Assembly: GCA_048940645.1 (NCBI GenBank)
Contig: JBHLOI010000001.1
Coordinates: forward strand, 32,001-96,000
Source: Promethearchaeota archaeon
GTDB lineage: Archaea; Asgardarchaeota; Lokiarchaeia; Sigyniarchaeales; SOKP01
Direction of reading: 5' to 3'
DNA: 64,000 nt
In this document: piece by piece, positions 1 through 10,647 of the stretch
Layout: every line of letters begins with the position of its first letter
Numbering within the stretch: position 1 is the stretch's first letter
Translations under genes and position numbers: made by a program
Notes under the pieces: generated by a model
Told to the model about the DNA's origin: nothing
Seen by the model: only the letters and a program-made list of their open reading frames with translations
Databases searched by the model: none

Positions 1-135
1 TTTGTAGTGATTAGTATTGCTGTTGCATTTTTAACAATACTTACTTGGAAAAAAATATCCATAATAAAGGGATATCCAATAAAAGAAATAAAATTTGATT
101 AAGTTCATAGATAATTTTCTATAAAGGTATTATTC

Positions 136-903
136 TTAAAAAGTTCCATAATATACTTCTGTATCATATTCCAGTTTTATTGTCCCATCATGTTGATATT
201 TATCAAAAATAAAAGCTAATTCTTTTATCATATCCTCATATTCGGGGCTATTTTCGAGAGGAATATAAGAAGCAGACAATAAACGCCCCTTTAAACCTTC
301 AAAATCAAAATCTTGGTAATTATAAAACACTTCTTTTTCATATTTAAAGAAATTATTGATATCCGTTTCATCTTTACGTGTAAATTTATAATCTTTACCA
401 TATTTTATGATAAATTTCTCATATTCAGTCGAAAATCCACTATCTGATTTCTTGCGATTATTCCAAATTAGTATGACATAACCTCCTTCTTTAAGTATTC
501 TCCTAAATTCTTTTTGCGTTTGTTTAATATCAAACCAATGGAAAGCCTGACCAACAGTTATAATGTCAATGCTTTTTCCTTTTAGATTAGTACTTTCAGC
601 TGAACCATCAACAGTTATGAAATCTGAATAGTTTTCTAATAATTTTTCAGCAGCGTTTCTCATATCTGCATTTGGTTCAATCCCATATACTACATTTCCA
701 TTTTTTAAGAAAATTTCACTTAAGATACCTGTTCCTGAACCAATATCTGCGATAATTGAATCTTTTATTAAGATCTTTTTTTCTTTCAAAAATTTTATAA
801 TTTCAGAGGGATAATTTGGTCTAAATTTGATGTAATTCTCAACACGAGATGAGAATCTCTTTTTAGGGTCTAATATGAATTTCTTCTTCGGCATACAATT
901 CAA
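136..903 (-). CDS. Class I SAM-dependent methyltransferase
   Basis: Motif I IADIGSGTG, IEPN acidic residue, GQAFHW motif; start may be the second Met (MPKKK). Confidence 0.9.
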   Translation of the reverse strand: MNCMPKKKFILDPKKRFSSRVENYIKFRPNYPSEIIKFLKEKKILIKDSIIADIGSGTGILSEIFLKNGNVVYGIEPNADMRNAAEKLLENYSDFITVDGSAESTNLKGKSIDIITVGQAFHWFDIKQTQKEFRRILKEGGYVILIWNNRKKSDSGFSTEYEKFIIKYGKDYKFTRKDETDINNFFKYEKEVFYNYQDFDFEGLKGRLLSASYIPLENSPEYEDMIKELAFIFDKYQHDGTIKLEYDTEVYYGTF

Positions 904-943
904 ATAAAAAAATGAAAAAAGTAAAAAAAAGTTATTTTAAATA

Positions 944-2881
944 TTAATTGGCATGTTTTTGTTTAATTAATGTAAGTTTCCCACCAGCTTTCAATTCCTC
1001 AATTTCAGTTTGACTAAGAGAATGAGTTAATTGAATTTCAGTATTTTTAGTTAAGTTTTTTAAAGCTACTCTTCCTGTTTCTAAGGTAGTGAGATCAATT
1101 TCAAATTGATCTCCTTTTTCTATTTTATCATAATCGCCCTTGTCAACAAAAGTTAAAGGAACAATACCAAAATTAATAAGGTTTGCTAAATGAATACGAG
1201 CAAAAGATTTAACGATAACTGCTTTTACTCCTAAATACTTAGGAGCTATTGCAGCATGTTCTCTACTGGAACCTTGACCATAATTATCTCCACCAACTAT
1301 AAACCCCCCTCCTTTTTCTAAAGATGCGTCATGAAAATTTTCATCAATTACACTAAATACAAATTTACTGATTTCAGGGATATTAGATCTTAAGGGAAGG
1401 ATTTTAGCTCCTGCTGGCATTATATGGTCAGTAGTAATGTCATCCTCCACTTTAAGTAAGACTTCACCTTCTAATTTTTCTGGTATTGGATTAAACTCTG
1501 GTAATGGTTTAATATTTGGTCCCCTCACTATTTCAACCTTTTTAGCTTCTTCTGGAGGTATAGGAGGAATAATCATATTATCATTAACTATAAATTTCTT
1601 GGGCATATCAATTTGGGGTAATTTACCAAATTTACGTGGATCCGTGATAATACCTTCAATTGCAGCCATAGCTGCAGTTTCAGGACTAACTAGGTATACA
1701 TTTGCACTTTTAGTACCAGATCTACCCAAAAAATTCCTATTAAATGTTCTCAAGGATATTGCGTCTGTTTTTGGAGCTAATCCCATTCCAATACAAGGTC
1801 CACAAGCATTTTCTAAGATACGAGTACCAGCTTCTACTAAATAAGTCATTTCTCCCGAATGAATCATATGGTCTACTACTTGTCGAGAACCAGGAGAAAC
1901 TGTTAGGACAGTATGTTTGCTGATAGTTTTTCCTTTTAACATATTAGCTGCAATTTTAAGATCCCTCAGAGAGGAGTTCGTGCAACTACCGATACATACT
2001 TGATCGACGTTTAATCCTTCAAGTTCTTTTACGGTTTTAACATTTCCAGGACTATGTGGTTCAGCAATAAGAGGTTCCAACTCACTTAAATTTATCTCAA
2101 TTACTTCATCATACTGAGCATCTTCATCTGGTTCTAAGCTTATCCATTGATCTCCCCGTTCTTGTGATTCTAAAAACTGTTTCGTAATTTCATCAGAAGG
2201 AAATATTGAAGTTGTAGCCCCAGTTTCTGTACCCATATTAGCAATAGTTCCTCTTTCAGGAACAGATAATGTTTCAACCCCTGGACCCGTATATTCTAGA
2301 ACTTTATTAACAGCTCCTTTAACACCAATCCTTCTTAAAACTTCCAATATAACATCTTTTGCAGAAATAAAGTCTTGTAATTGCCCTGTTAGATAAACTT
2401 TAACTATTTTTGGCATTCTTAAGCGAAATGATTCACCTGCCATTGCTGCTGCTACATCTAAACCACCAGCGCCAATAGCAATCATTCCAACACCTCCACC
2501 TGTAGGCGTATGCGAATCTGAACCAAGTAGAGTTTTTCCAGGTCTAGAAAATCTTTCTAAATGTAATTGGTGACATATACCATTTCCAGGTCTAGAAAAA
2601 TAGAGTCCATATCTTGCTGCTATACTCTGAAGGTATCTATGATCATCTGGATTTTTAAAGTCTGTTTGTAAAGTATTATGATCTACATAGCTTACAGATA
2701 ATTCAGTTTGAACGCGATCTATGCCCATAGCTTCAAATTGAAGGTAAGCCATAGTACCTGTAGCATCTTGAGTAAGAGTTTGATCGATTTTTATAGCTAT
2801 ATCTGCATTTTTTTCTAAAGTACCTTCTACTAAGTGTTGTTCTAAAACTTTTTCAGTTAGGGTTTTTCCCATAAATTCCAA
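944..2881 (-). CDS. acnA: Aconitate hydratase (single-chain aconitase)
   Basis: DQTLTQDATG, VDHN, GICHQ, GSDSHT, IGSCTN, CGPCIG, FNRNF, TTDHI, YGQGSSREHAA aconitase motifs. Confidence 0.93.
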   Translation of the reverse strand: MEFMGKTLTEKVLEQHLVEGTLEKNADIAIKIDQTLTQDATGTMAYLQFEAMGIDRVQTELSVSYVDHNTLQTDFKNPDDHRYLQSIAARYGLYFSRPGNGICHQLHLERFSRPGKTLLGSDSHTPTGGGVGMIAIGAGGLDVAAAMAGESFRLRMPKIVKVYLTGQLQDFISAKDVILEVLRRIGVKGAVNKVLEYTGPGVETLSVPERGTIANMGTETGATTSIFPSDEITKQFLESQERGDQWISLEPDEDAQYDEVIEINLSELEPLIAEPHSPGNVKTVKELEGLNVDQVCIGSCTNSSLRDLKIAANMLKGKTISKHTVLTVSPGSRQVVDHMIHSGEMTYLVEAGTRILENACGPCIGMGLAPKTDAISLRTFNRNFLGRSGTKSANVYLVSPETAAMAAIEGIITDPRKFGKLPQIDMPKKFIVNDNMIIPPIPPEEAKKVEIVRGPNIKPLPEFNPIPEKLEGEVLLKVEDDITTDHIMPAGAKILPLRSNIPEISKFVFSVIDENFHDASLEKGGGFIVGGDNYGQGSSREHAAIAPKYLGVKAVIVKSFARIHLANLINFGIVPLTFVDKGDYDKIEKGDQFEIDLTTLETGRVALKNLTKNTEIQLTHSLSQTEIEELKAGGKLTLIKQKHAN

Positions 2882-2898
2882 CCTTTCAAGCTGTAAAT

Positions 2899-2940
2899 AA
2901 TTAATATTTCAATATTTTAGTATTGATAGTGAAACCCTTT
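2899..2940. promoter_or_regulatory. 42-bp conserved upstream element, copy 1 (between a TATA-like box and the aconitase start)
   Basis: aattaatatttcaa..tttt agt...gata.tgaaacccttt; 36/42 identical to 4312-4353; contains the TTTCA...TGAAA dyad. Confidence 0.55.
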
Positions 2941-3056
2941 ATTTAAATTAGTCAATTATAAGAATTAGAAAATTAATAGAAGCTATGAATTCCCATTTAC
3001 TTCCCTTATCAATTAATAAAAATGAAGTGATTAATGTTTTTTTAAAATATAAATTT

Positions 3057-4169
3057 TCATTTTCGAACTACCCAGAAATAAGTTCCCTTATCTTTTATGA
3101 ACTCTGCTCTATTAAAAGGTGTAGAATCAACAAATTCTTTAAAAGATTTCTCATCGTAAAAACCTGCAAAATCAGCTTCAAGAAACTTATGCATAACATC
3201 AAAAAGTTGGAATTCTTCTGGTGGATCAAAGGTTCCGTGAATCATACTCTCTGCAACTAGTAAAATTCCATCTTCTTTCAATAAAGTATTGAGATCATTG
3301 AAAACACTCAATCGATAAGCTTTATCCTTTTCCATCTCATGAAGTACTTGATTTAGTAATATCAGATCAAATTTCGTTTCTGATTGTTCAGTATATTTAT
3401 CAATTGAAGTTTCAAGAATTTCAACTCTATCACTCCAATTATTTTCTTCTATTAACCTTTGAGAAGCTGATATCCCTCGAGAATCAATGTCGATGCCTAC
3501 AAACCTTGCTTTCTTATACTTTTTTGCCCAAATTGCTAGAGTATAACCATAACCGCATCCAACTGATAAAATAGAAGATTCTTTTCGTAAATTTCTACAA
3601 AAATCCTTGAAATTCTTAGCAAATAGCCTTTCAATCAATGATCCAACCCTAGAACTCATCATCTGCGTAGCTCTAATTACTTCTTCAGGATAGTCGTTAT
3701 AGAATTCGCTAGTAGATAACTTTCCTGCTCCTTTAATATATTCAAGTATTGAATCTTGATATGGTGCAAGATAATAAAATGCTCCAATAGTGTCTCCAAC
3801 ATAAAACATATGATTGCGATCAATTAATAAACTATATACATGTGGTGCAGTTTTTATTTCTCTTTTAAATGAATCATTAATTTCGAAAAGACCACACTCG
3901 AGACCTAAATGAACCCAAGCATCTACATATTTTAGATTTAAATTGAGGTTTTCAGAAATTTCTTCTATTGTAAAAATCATTGAAGATATAGTAGTTGTTT
4001 CAGATAAAAATTTGGCTTTTTTGTAAAGATAATCGAAAATACCAAGCCGTAGACCAAGACCATATGTTAATATTGTATTAAATCCATAAAAGCCTTTTAT
4101 CAAAAATTTTTTCATTTGTTCTTTTATTGTGATTTCTTTTTCATTTTGAGACATATTAGTTTCACCCAA
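3057..4169 (-). CDS. SAM-dependent methyltransferase with N-terminal winged-helix/dimerisation domain
   Basis: ILSVGCGYG, FVGIDID, FDLILLNQVLHE; N-terminal GLRLGIFD helix-turn-helix-like region. Confidence 0.85.
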   Translation of the reverse strand: MGETNMSQNEKEITIKEQMKKFLIKGFYGFNTILTYGLGLRLGIFDYLYKKAKFLSETTTISSMIFTIEEISENLNLNLKYVDAWVHLGLECGLFEINDSFKREIKTAPHVYSLLIDRNHMFYVGDTIGAFYYLAPYQDSILEYIKGAGKLSTSEFYNDYPEEVIRATQMMSSRVGSLIERLFAKNFKDFCRNLRKESSILSVGCGYGYTLAIWAKKYKKARFVGIDIDSRGISASQRLIEENNWSDRVEILETSIDKYTEQSETKFDLILLNQVLHEMEKDKAYRLSVFNDLNTLLKEDGILLVAESMIHGTFDPPEEFQLFDVMHKFLEADFAGFYDEKSFKEFVDSTPFNRAEFIKDKGTYFWVVRK

Positions 4170-4311
4170 AAAATTAGTTAATTTTTATGTAATATCTAGT
4201 TATATATCAATTTATAATTTAGGTTTAAGAATTAGTTATCTTAAGGAAGAAAATATTCAAAAATAGTACAAAAAGGTTTAGTTATAAGGATTAGAACTCC
4301 CAAAAACAAAA

Positions 4312-4353
4312 AATTAATATTTCAAAGTTTTAGTTAAGATAATGAAACCCTTT
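4312..4353. promoter_or_regulatory. 42-bp conserved upstream element, copy 2 (divergent intergenic region)
   Basis: 36/42 identity to 2899-2940. Confidence 0.55.
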
Positions 4354-4481
4354 CTATTGATTTTCCATATTTGTATAGATCCAGTTTCAAACAGATAAAT
4401 CTTTAAATCTTTAAATAATTCAAATAATAATAATCGTATTTTTAAATTATACTGGTTTTTAGGTTAATTAATAGTTAATAA

Positions 4482-4973
4482 TTGGTGGAAATTATTAAAC
4501 AAGAGGAACATATTAAAACAATTAACAGAGATATTAGAGCAGAAAATCTTGTTAGGGAAACCAAGGTGCTTAATATAGCAAGATTAGCTAAAATGCTTGT
4601 AGATTTGTTTGGTTTAGATGAACCTTTCCAGGATATTGGAAAAGAATTAGAAGGTCAAGAAGTTGAATTATATTTAAAAAATTTAAATGGATATATTACT
4701 TTCATTTTAACATCAGATAGGCAGAAATTTGATTGTCACGCAGAAAAAGCCAATAATCCAATTGCTAGACTTATCATTACGATTAAAGAAGAAAAAATTA
4801 TTAAGGTCATCAGTGATATAATACGCTCTAAAAACAATATATTTGGATTAGCTAAATTATTGAAGTATTTAATTCCAGGTAAAGCAAAGGTAAAAGGGTC
4901 TCTTAAAGCAGCATTAAAGTTGGTCAAATGCCTAATGATTGGTAAAAATGATGTGTATAAAAAAAGGAAATAA
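4482..4973 (+). CDS. SCP2 (sterol carrier protein 2)-like lipid-binding protein
   Basis: C-terminal GKAKVKGSLKAALKL resembles the SCP2 signature; first gene of the dehydratase operon. Confidence 0.55.
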   Translation: MVEIIKQEEHIKTINRDIRAENLVRETKVLNIARLAKMLVDLFGLDEPFQDIGKELEGQEVELYLKNLNGYITFILTSDRQKFDCHAEKANNPIARLIITIKEEKIIKVISDIIRSKNNIFGLAKLLKYLIPGKAKVKGSLKAALKLVKCLMIGKNDVYKKRK

Positions 4974-4984
4974 GGTTAACTTTT

Positions 4985-6136
4985 ATGAGTCTAAAAAATG
5001 ATTTTTTTTTGAACATTTCGACTTCAATTATAAATCCGTACATAGAGGATTGGCAGAAATCCAATAGGAAAGTGGTGGGTTATTATTGCACTTACATTCC
5101 TGAAGAATTACTCCATGCTGCTGAATTGCTTCCTTTTAGAATAAGGGCAACAGGGACTAAAGATACTGATTTAGCTGATATCTATATGGTGAGATTCACT
5201 TGCTCTTTTGTAAGGGCTACTTTGGATTTGGCGCTTAGAGGAGGTTATGATTTTCTTGATGGATTTCTAGTATGTAATAGTTGTGATCACAGTAGAAGAA
5301 TGTTTGAATTATTCAATCTAAAGGTATTTAATAGAGAAAATTTCAATAAGAAGGTTCCTCAATTTTACATAGCATTGCCACATGTGATAACAGATGAAGG
5401 TTTTGAATGGTATAAAAAGGAAGTTGAAGAATTAAAGGAAGAACTGGAAAAAGCCTACCAAATTAAAGAGATTACAAATGAAAAGTTATTAAAATCGATT
5501 CATATATACAATGAAAATAGAAAATTACTAAGAAGTATCCACGAGCTTAGACTTCAGGAAAAACCAAAACTTACTGGTAGTGAGTTTTTAAAGATAAATA
5601 TAGCTAATTCGTCAATCCCAAAAGAGATCGCTAATCAAGAATTAAATAGAATAATTATTGCTTTAAAAAGTCGCAAGTCTATAGATGTAAGTAACAAAAA
5701 AAGAATCTTACTAGTTGGAAGTATTGTAGATAACCTTGATTTTACACAATTAATTGAAAACTCAGGTGCTTTCATTGCCTCTGATTTTCTTTGTTTCGGA
5801 ACTAGATATTTCTATGATGATGTACAATTGGTAAATCGTGATGATCCCTTAGAAAATATCACTAAGCGAGTATATTATAGAATTTCTTGCCCTAGAATGA
5901 TGGATGACCATTTAAGACGTTTAGATTTTTTAAAAGAAGAAATAAATCGAGCTAAAGTCGATGGTGTACTTCTACAGAGGATTAACAATTGCGATCTTCA
6001 CGGGTGCGATAATATGCTTTTTACGCATGAATTAAAGGAATTAGATGTCCCAGTTTTGAATATTGATAGGGAATTTTATCAATCTGACACAACTCGTTTA
6101 CAAACTCGGATCGAAGCATTTATAGAAATGATTTGA
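4985..6136 (+). CDS. 2-hydroxyacyl-CoA dehydratase / benzoyl-CoA reductase family subunit (HgdB/FldC-like)
   Basis: GYYCTYIPEELLHAA, CSFVR, NSCD, CDLHG, TRIEAFIEMI. Confidence 0.88.
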   Translation: MSLKNDFFLNISTSIINPYIEDWQKSNRKVVGYYCTYIPEELLHAAELLPFRIRATGTKDTDLADIYMVRFTCSFVRATLDLALRGGYDFLDGFLVCNSCDHSRRMFELFNLKVFNRENFNKKVPQFYIALPHVITDEGFEWYKKEVEELKEELEKAYQIKEITNEKLLKSIHIYNENRKLLRSIHELRLQEKPKLTGSEFLKINIANSSIPKEIANQELNRIIIALKSRKSIDVSNKKRILLVGSIVDNLDFTQLIENSGAFIASDFLCFGTRYFYDDVQLVNRDDPLENITKRVYYRISCPRMMDDHLRRLDFLKEEINRAKVDGVLLQRINNCDLHGCDNMLFTHELKELDVPVLNIDREFYQSDTTRLQTRIEAFIEMI

Positions 6137-7452
6137 AACTATTTAAATTTACAGTGATTATCATGTCTAACAAAAATCAAAACGGAAATCGAATAATTCC
6201 TTATAAAATGTTTTTAAAAGCATTATTAACAACACGAGAATTAATTGAAAGAATATTACCTAAACAAGGAGTTCCCTCATTAAGAATAGGAACAAAAAAA
6301 ATAGAATCTGTTATAGCTAGTTATATTGAAAAAGCAGAGGAAGGTCTTCCAGTTATTGGGTATCATTTTTCTTTTCCTGTTGAATATCTTAAGTGTTTTG
6401 ATTGTGTTCCTGTCTGCTTAGAAGCGACATCATATTTCATGGCTACACTCTTAGAGGGCGGTACGGAAAATTATTACGATCTCATGAATAGCTGGGGTCA
6501 TCCATTTCATACTTGCACATCTCAAAAGGGAGCGATGGGAATGACTTTAGAGGATCTATTCAAATTTGATGCTATTATAACCCCTACAGCTCCCTGTGAC
6601 TGTACTATTGCATCTTATCCATTTTTTAAATATAAGAAAAACTTTCCACTTGTTATGGTTGATTTACCGTTTCTACATGAGGAAAAAAGTTACCTTTATT
6701 ATGCAGATCAGCTTAAATCTGGATTATTAAACCTTGGTAAGATTATTGGTCAAGATCTCAATTATAAAAAACTTAAGGAAGCTATAGATATTGAAAATCA
6801 AGTTAATAAAATAAAATTTGAGATATTTGACTTAATCAAAGCTGTACCTAGCCCAATCGAAAATTTATACAATCCTGTTTCTGCTGGAGCCTATATATTT
6901 ATAGGAGGTATGCCTGAAAATCTTTCCTTCCATAAAGAAATGCTAGAAATAACCAAACTGAGGTATAAAAATAAAGAACATCATGGTGGAGAAGAAAAGG
7001 TAAGAAGTATATGGCCTTATATGATAACTTGGTTCTCTATAGATTTAATGGAATGGTTGGATAGAAATTTGGGCTTAAGTGTTTTATTCGATATTTTCAA
7101 TTACAATTTTTCAGAGCCTATTAATACAAACTCTGATTTGGATACGATTTTCTTAGGTATGAGTAAAAAAGGAATGGATTTTTCTATGATAAAGCAATCC
7201 ACTGAATTTTTTGAACCTTTTATTGAATATTGCATTAGTTTTGCGAAAGAGTTTTCTGCAGATTGCTTTATATACACTCAGAGCATCGCATGTAAGCAAT
7301 TTGGTTCTGTTCCACAACTTTTAAAAGAAGCATTAATGGATGAGGTTGGGATCCCTATGTTGCTCATTGAGTTTGATGCAGGCGATGCTCGTATGACTTC
7401 TCTTAAAACATTTAAAGAAAAAATAAGTATCTTTGTTCAAACATTAATTTAG
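6133..7452 (+). CDS. 2-hydroxyacyl-CoA dehydratase family subunit (HgdA/FldB-like), paralog 1
   Basis: HTCTSQKG, TAPCD, ACKQ, GIPMLLIEFDAGDAR; probable start at MSNKNQ (about 6163). Confidence 0.85.
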   Translation: MKLFKFTVIIMSNKNQNGNRIIPYKMFLKALLTTRELIERILPKQGVPSLRIGTKKIESVIASYIEKAEEGLPVIGYHFSFPVEYLKCFDCVPVCLEATSYFMATLLEGGTENYYDLMNSWGHPFHTCTSQKGAMGMTLEDLFKFDAIITPTAPCDCTIASYPFFKYKKNFPLVMVDLPFLHEEKSYLYYADQLKSGLLNLGKIIGQDLNYKKLKEAIDIENQVNKIKFEIFDLIKAVPSPIENLYNPVSAGAYIFIGGMPENLSFHKEMLEITKLRYKNKEHHGGEEKVRSIWPYMITWFSIDLMEWLDRNLGLSVLFDIFNYNFSEPINTNSDLDTIFLGMSKKGMDFSMIKQSTEFFEPFIEYCISFAKEFSADCFIYTQSIACKQFGSVPQLLKEALMDEVGIPMLLIEFDAGDARMTSLKTFKEKISIFVQTLI

Positions 7453-7485
7453 ACTTTCAATATTATAAAATCAATTTAGAATAAA

Positions 7486-8796
7486 TTGAAAAATTGGGAT
7501 AAAAGTATGGTCAACAGAATTAAAATGGAAAATCGCATCATTCCCTATAAAATGCTTTATGAAGCTGTGGTTTCTACTCAGAGATTAGTTAATGGAATTC
7601 TTCCAGAAGATGGTATTCCTTCTTTAAAGTTGGGTCTAGGGCACATAAAATCTGTTATGGAAGACCTTATTAATAAAGCCAGAGAAGGATTCCCGATAAT
7701 TGGACATCATTTTTCATTTCCAACTGAATATTTATATTGTTTTGATTGTGTACCTGTCTGTATTGAAGGAACATCATATTTTTTAGCTGCTTTATTACCT
7801 AATGGTTCTGAACCCTATTATGATTTGATTACACAATGGGGTCACCCGTTTCATACTTGTAGCTCCCAAAAGGGTACTATGGGGATGACTCTTGACGATT
7901 TATTTAAATTTGATGCTATTATCACTCCTACTGCTCCATGTGATAATACTTATGCTTCATATCCTTTTTTTAAGTATTACAAAGAAATTCCTTTAATCAC
8001 CCCAGATTTACCATTTCTTCAAGCAGAAAAGAGTTATCGATATCATGCTGACGAAATAAAATTGGGATTAGAAAAAGTTGGAAATATTATTGGTCAGGAA
8101 CCTAATTATAATAAATTAAAGCAAATATTAGAATTAGAAAATCAAGTAACCAATCTTCAATTGGAAATTTTTGAATTGAAAAAAGCAACCCCATGCCCTG
8201 TAGAGAATATGTTCAATGTAATGGCTGCCGCAGCTCAAATTTATCTAGCTGGTCGAGAAGAGAAACTTGAGTTCTATAAACAGATGTTAGAAATTGCAAA
8301 AACTAGATACAAAAAGAAAGAGCATCATGCGGGAGAGGAAAAAATAAGAAGCATTTGGCCTTATATGATCGTCTTCTTTGACTTAGCTATGTGTGAATGG
8401 TTAAATCGTGATCTTGGAATGTCGATTTTATTTGATATCTTTAATTATAATTTCGCGGATCCTATCAATACAAAGTCAGATTTAGACACTATGTTTTATG
8501 GTATGGCGAAAAAAGCAATGGAAGCTCCAATGACTAAACAGAGTGCTGAATTTTATTATCCTTTTATTGAAACCTGTGTTCAATTAGCTAAAGATTTTTC
8601 AGCAGATTGTTTCATTTTTACTTCTCATATTGGATGTAAGCAATTTGGTAGCATACCTCAAATTCTACGGGAAGCCTTAAGGGATGAGATTGGAATTCCT
8701 ATGTTATTAGTTGATTTAGATGTTGGTGATGCACGGTTCGCATCTGAGAAGATTATTAGAGAAAAAATAAAGTTGTTTGCTCAAACATTACTTTAA
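7486..8796 (+). CDS. 2-hydroxyacyl-CoA dehydratase family subunit (HgdA/FldB-like), paralog 2
   Basis: Tandem paralog of 6133..7452 (HTCSSQKG, TAPCD, GCKQ, GIPMLLVDLDVGDAR). Confidence 0.85.
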   Translation: MKNWDKSMVNRIKMENRIIPYKMLYEAVVSTQRLVNGILPEDGIPSLKLGLGHIKSVMEDLINKAREGFPIIGHHFSFPTEYLYCFDCVPVCIEGTSYFLAALLPNGSEPYYDLITQWGHPFHTCSSQKGTMGMTLDDLFKFDAIITPTAPCDNTYASYPFFKYYKEIPLITPDLPFLQAEKSYRYHADEIKLGLEKVGNIIGQEPNYNKLKQILELENQVTNLQLEIFELKKATPCPVENMFNVMAAAAQIYLAGREEKLEFYKQMLEIAKTRYKKKEHHAGEEKIRSIWPYMIVFFDLAMCEWLNRDLGMSILFDIFNYNFADPINTKSDLDTMFYGMAKKAMEAPMTKQSAEFYYPFIETCVQLAKDFSADCFIFTSHIGCKQFGSIPQILREALRDEIGIPMLLVDLDVGDARFASEKIIREKIKLFAQTLL

Positions 8797-8898
8797 TTTC
8801 AAATAATATCTAATAAAATGATAAGTAAATCATATAATTTTTTTGCTTTGTCATATTTTTAAATTGAATAATTATTATTTTTGCTTAGGTTATAAATA

Positions 8899-9414
8899 TT
8901 GAGAGAAGATTTAATTAAATTGTCCAAGGAAGAGTTAATAGATTATATTGAACATATATCCAAGCTATGGCTTGCTATTGACGGGACTTGGTTTCAAGTT
9001 GCTGAGAAGGAATATGGATTGGATAAAGCCATAGATATCGATGTTAAACAATGGAAAAGATTTACAGTAATCGAAGCAAAAAGAATTATAAACTTACTTA
9101 ATCTTCCTAAAAATGGAGGGATTCCAGCTCTAATTAAAGCTCTTAAATTTAGAGTTTATGCTAATATTAACATTCAAGAAATTGTAGAAGTCTCTAAAAA
9201 TAGATGTGTGTTCCGGATGAAAAATTGTCGTGTTCAATTTGCAAGAAAAAGTAGAAATCTTCCTGATTTTCCTTGTAAACCAGTAGGTTTAGTTGAATAT
9301 GGTGATTTTGCTAATATTATAGATTCACGTATTGAGACAAATTGTATTTGTTGTCCCCCTGATTCTCATCCTGCTGATTATTACTGCGCTTGGGAATTTA
9401 TCCTAAAAGATTAA
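8899..9414 (+). CDS. DUF6125-like conserved protein (Cys-rich C-terminus)
   Basis: WLAIDGTWF, CRVQ.AR, FPCK, CICCPPD.HP...CAWEF pattern. Confidence 0.7.
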   Translation: MREDLIKLSKEELIDYIEHISKLWLAIDGTWFQVAEKEYGLDKAIDIDVKQWKRFTVIEAKRIINLLNLPKNGGIPALIKALKFRVYANINIQEIVEVSKNRCVFRMKNCRVQFARKSRNLPDFPCKPVGLVEYGDFANIIDSRIETNCICCPPDSHPADYYCAWEFILKD

Positions 9415-9505
9415 CCGAAACTGTCAATCTTTTTTAATTGTATTTATATTATATCCATTTTTCATTTTAAATAATAATTCATTAAAATACAAAATTGATA
9501 AATTT

Positions 9506-10528
9506 ATGTTTGACAAATCACATTGTGCTGAATGTAATAATGTTGATTGCTTAATACGCTGTCACTACATAGTTTTTTCTGGTGATGATGAAGCTCGACT
9601 AGAGATGACTAAAATGATTAATGGAGAGGAATCTAGAGTGTTATCTGATTGCGTAACGTGTTTTGCGTGTGATGAGTATTGTCCCTATGAATCCCATCCA
9701 TTTGATTTGATTATAGAATTGCAGGAAAAATACAATAGTCTAAATCTAAATCCAGAAATTGTAGAATCGACGATCAAGCGTTATCAACCTCACGCTGAAT
9801 TACGATTAAAAGATATAAATCCAAATAAACCAGTATTAAATAAATGCGCTTTTCCAAGAACAAATGCGAGAAATATGCAAGGTCAATTGTTTGATAATCT
9901 TCAATATGTTAGCGGTCTTTCTTATTTTTGTAATTTAGCTTATCACCATTATGGGAAAGATTCTATAACACGAGAGAGAGCAACAATAATTATTAATAAT
10001 ATTAAAGCTCAAGGAATAAAAGAGATGATATGCTTCCATGATGAATGCTACGGTTTTTATGCTTCTTATTGTCCTAGAAATAATATAGAATTACCAGAAG
10101 ATTTCAAACCAATGCATCTTTTTGAATATCTTTATCATTATTTGAAAGAGCATGAATCAGAAATTACAAAACTTAATTTGAAAATTGCTTATCAACGACC
10201 TTGTTCTAATCGTTTTTCACCCGGAATCGATGAATGGGTTGATAAGGTCTGTGAATTGATTGGAGTTGAAAGAGTTGATAGAGAATATGATAGAGAAAAT
10301 GCTTTATGCTGCGCTGGTACAATTGTTTCTTTAGGAAAGAAAAAATTAGCTCGAGAAGTTCAGAAAAAGAATGTTGAAGATATGATAAAACATGGAGCAA
10401 AAATATGTGTATATAATTGTCCTGCTTGCATGGATTCTTTGGGTTCAAGAGTAGTAAGAAGCGGTTTGAAAAATTACTTTCTCAGTGATTTATGTCGAAT
10501 GGCATTAGGAGAAAAACTAGACTATTAA
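9506..10528 (+). CDS. Fe-S binding protein with C-terminal CCG domain (HdrD/GlpC-like)
   Basis: CxxC...C, CVTCFACDEYCP ferredoxin motif, YQRPC, CCAG, NCPAC. Confidence 0.8.
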   Translation: MFDKSHCAECNNVDCLIRCHYIVFSGDDEARLEMTKMINGEESRVLSDCVTCFACDEYCPYESHPFDLIIELQEKYNSLNLNPEIVESTIKRYQPHAELRLKDINPNKPVLNKCAFPRTNARNMQGQLFDNLQYVSGLSYFCNLAYHHYGKDSITRERATIIINNIKAQGIKEMICFHDECYGFYASYCPRNNIELPEDFKPMHLFEYLYHYLKEHESEITKLNLKIAYQRPCSNRFSPGIDEWVDKVCELIGVERVDREYDRENALCCAGTIVSLGKKKLAREVQKKNVEDMIKHGAKICVYNCPACMDSLGSRVVRSGLKNYFLSDLCRMALGEKLDY

Positions 10529-10647
10529 AGTTGGATAGATCTAAAATAACCAACTGGGTATTAATTAGTGCAATAAAAAAAATTTTTATCTTACAAAAAA
10601 TAAAACAACCTAATACAAAATTGAAAAATTAAAAAGGAACATGCAAA

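Noticed and set aside
1437-1844. Antisense and alternative-frame ORFs overlapping long genes (e.g. 1437..1844, 12192..12596, 16961..17266, 18584..18979, 33192..33533, 33208..33537, 59109..59381)
   Set aside because: Nested in or largely overlapping well-supported genes, with no recognisable motifs
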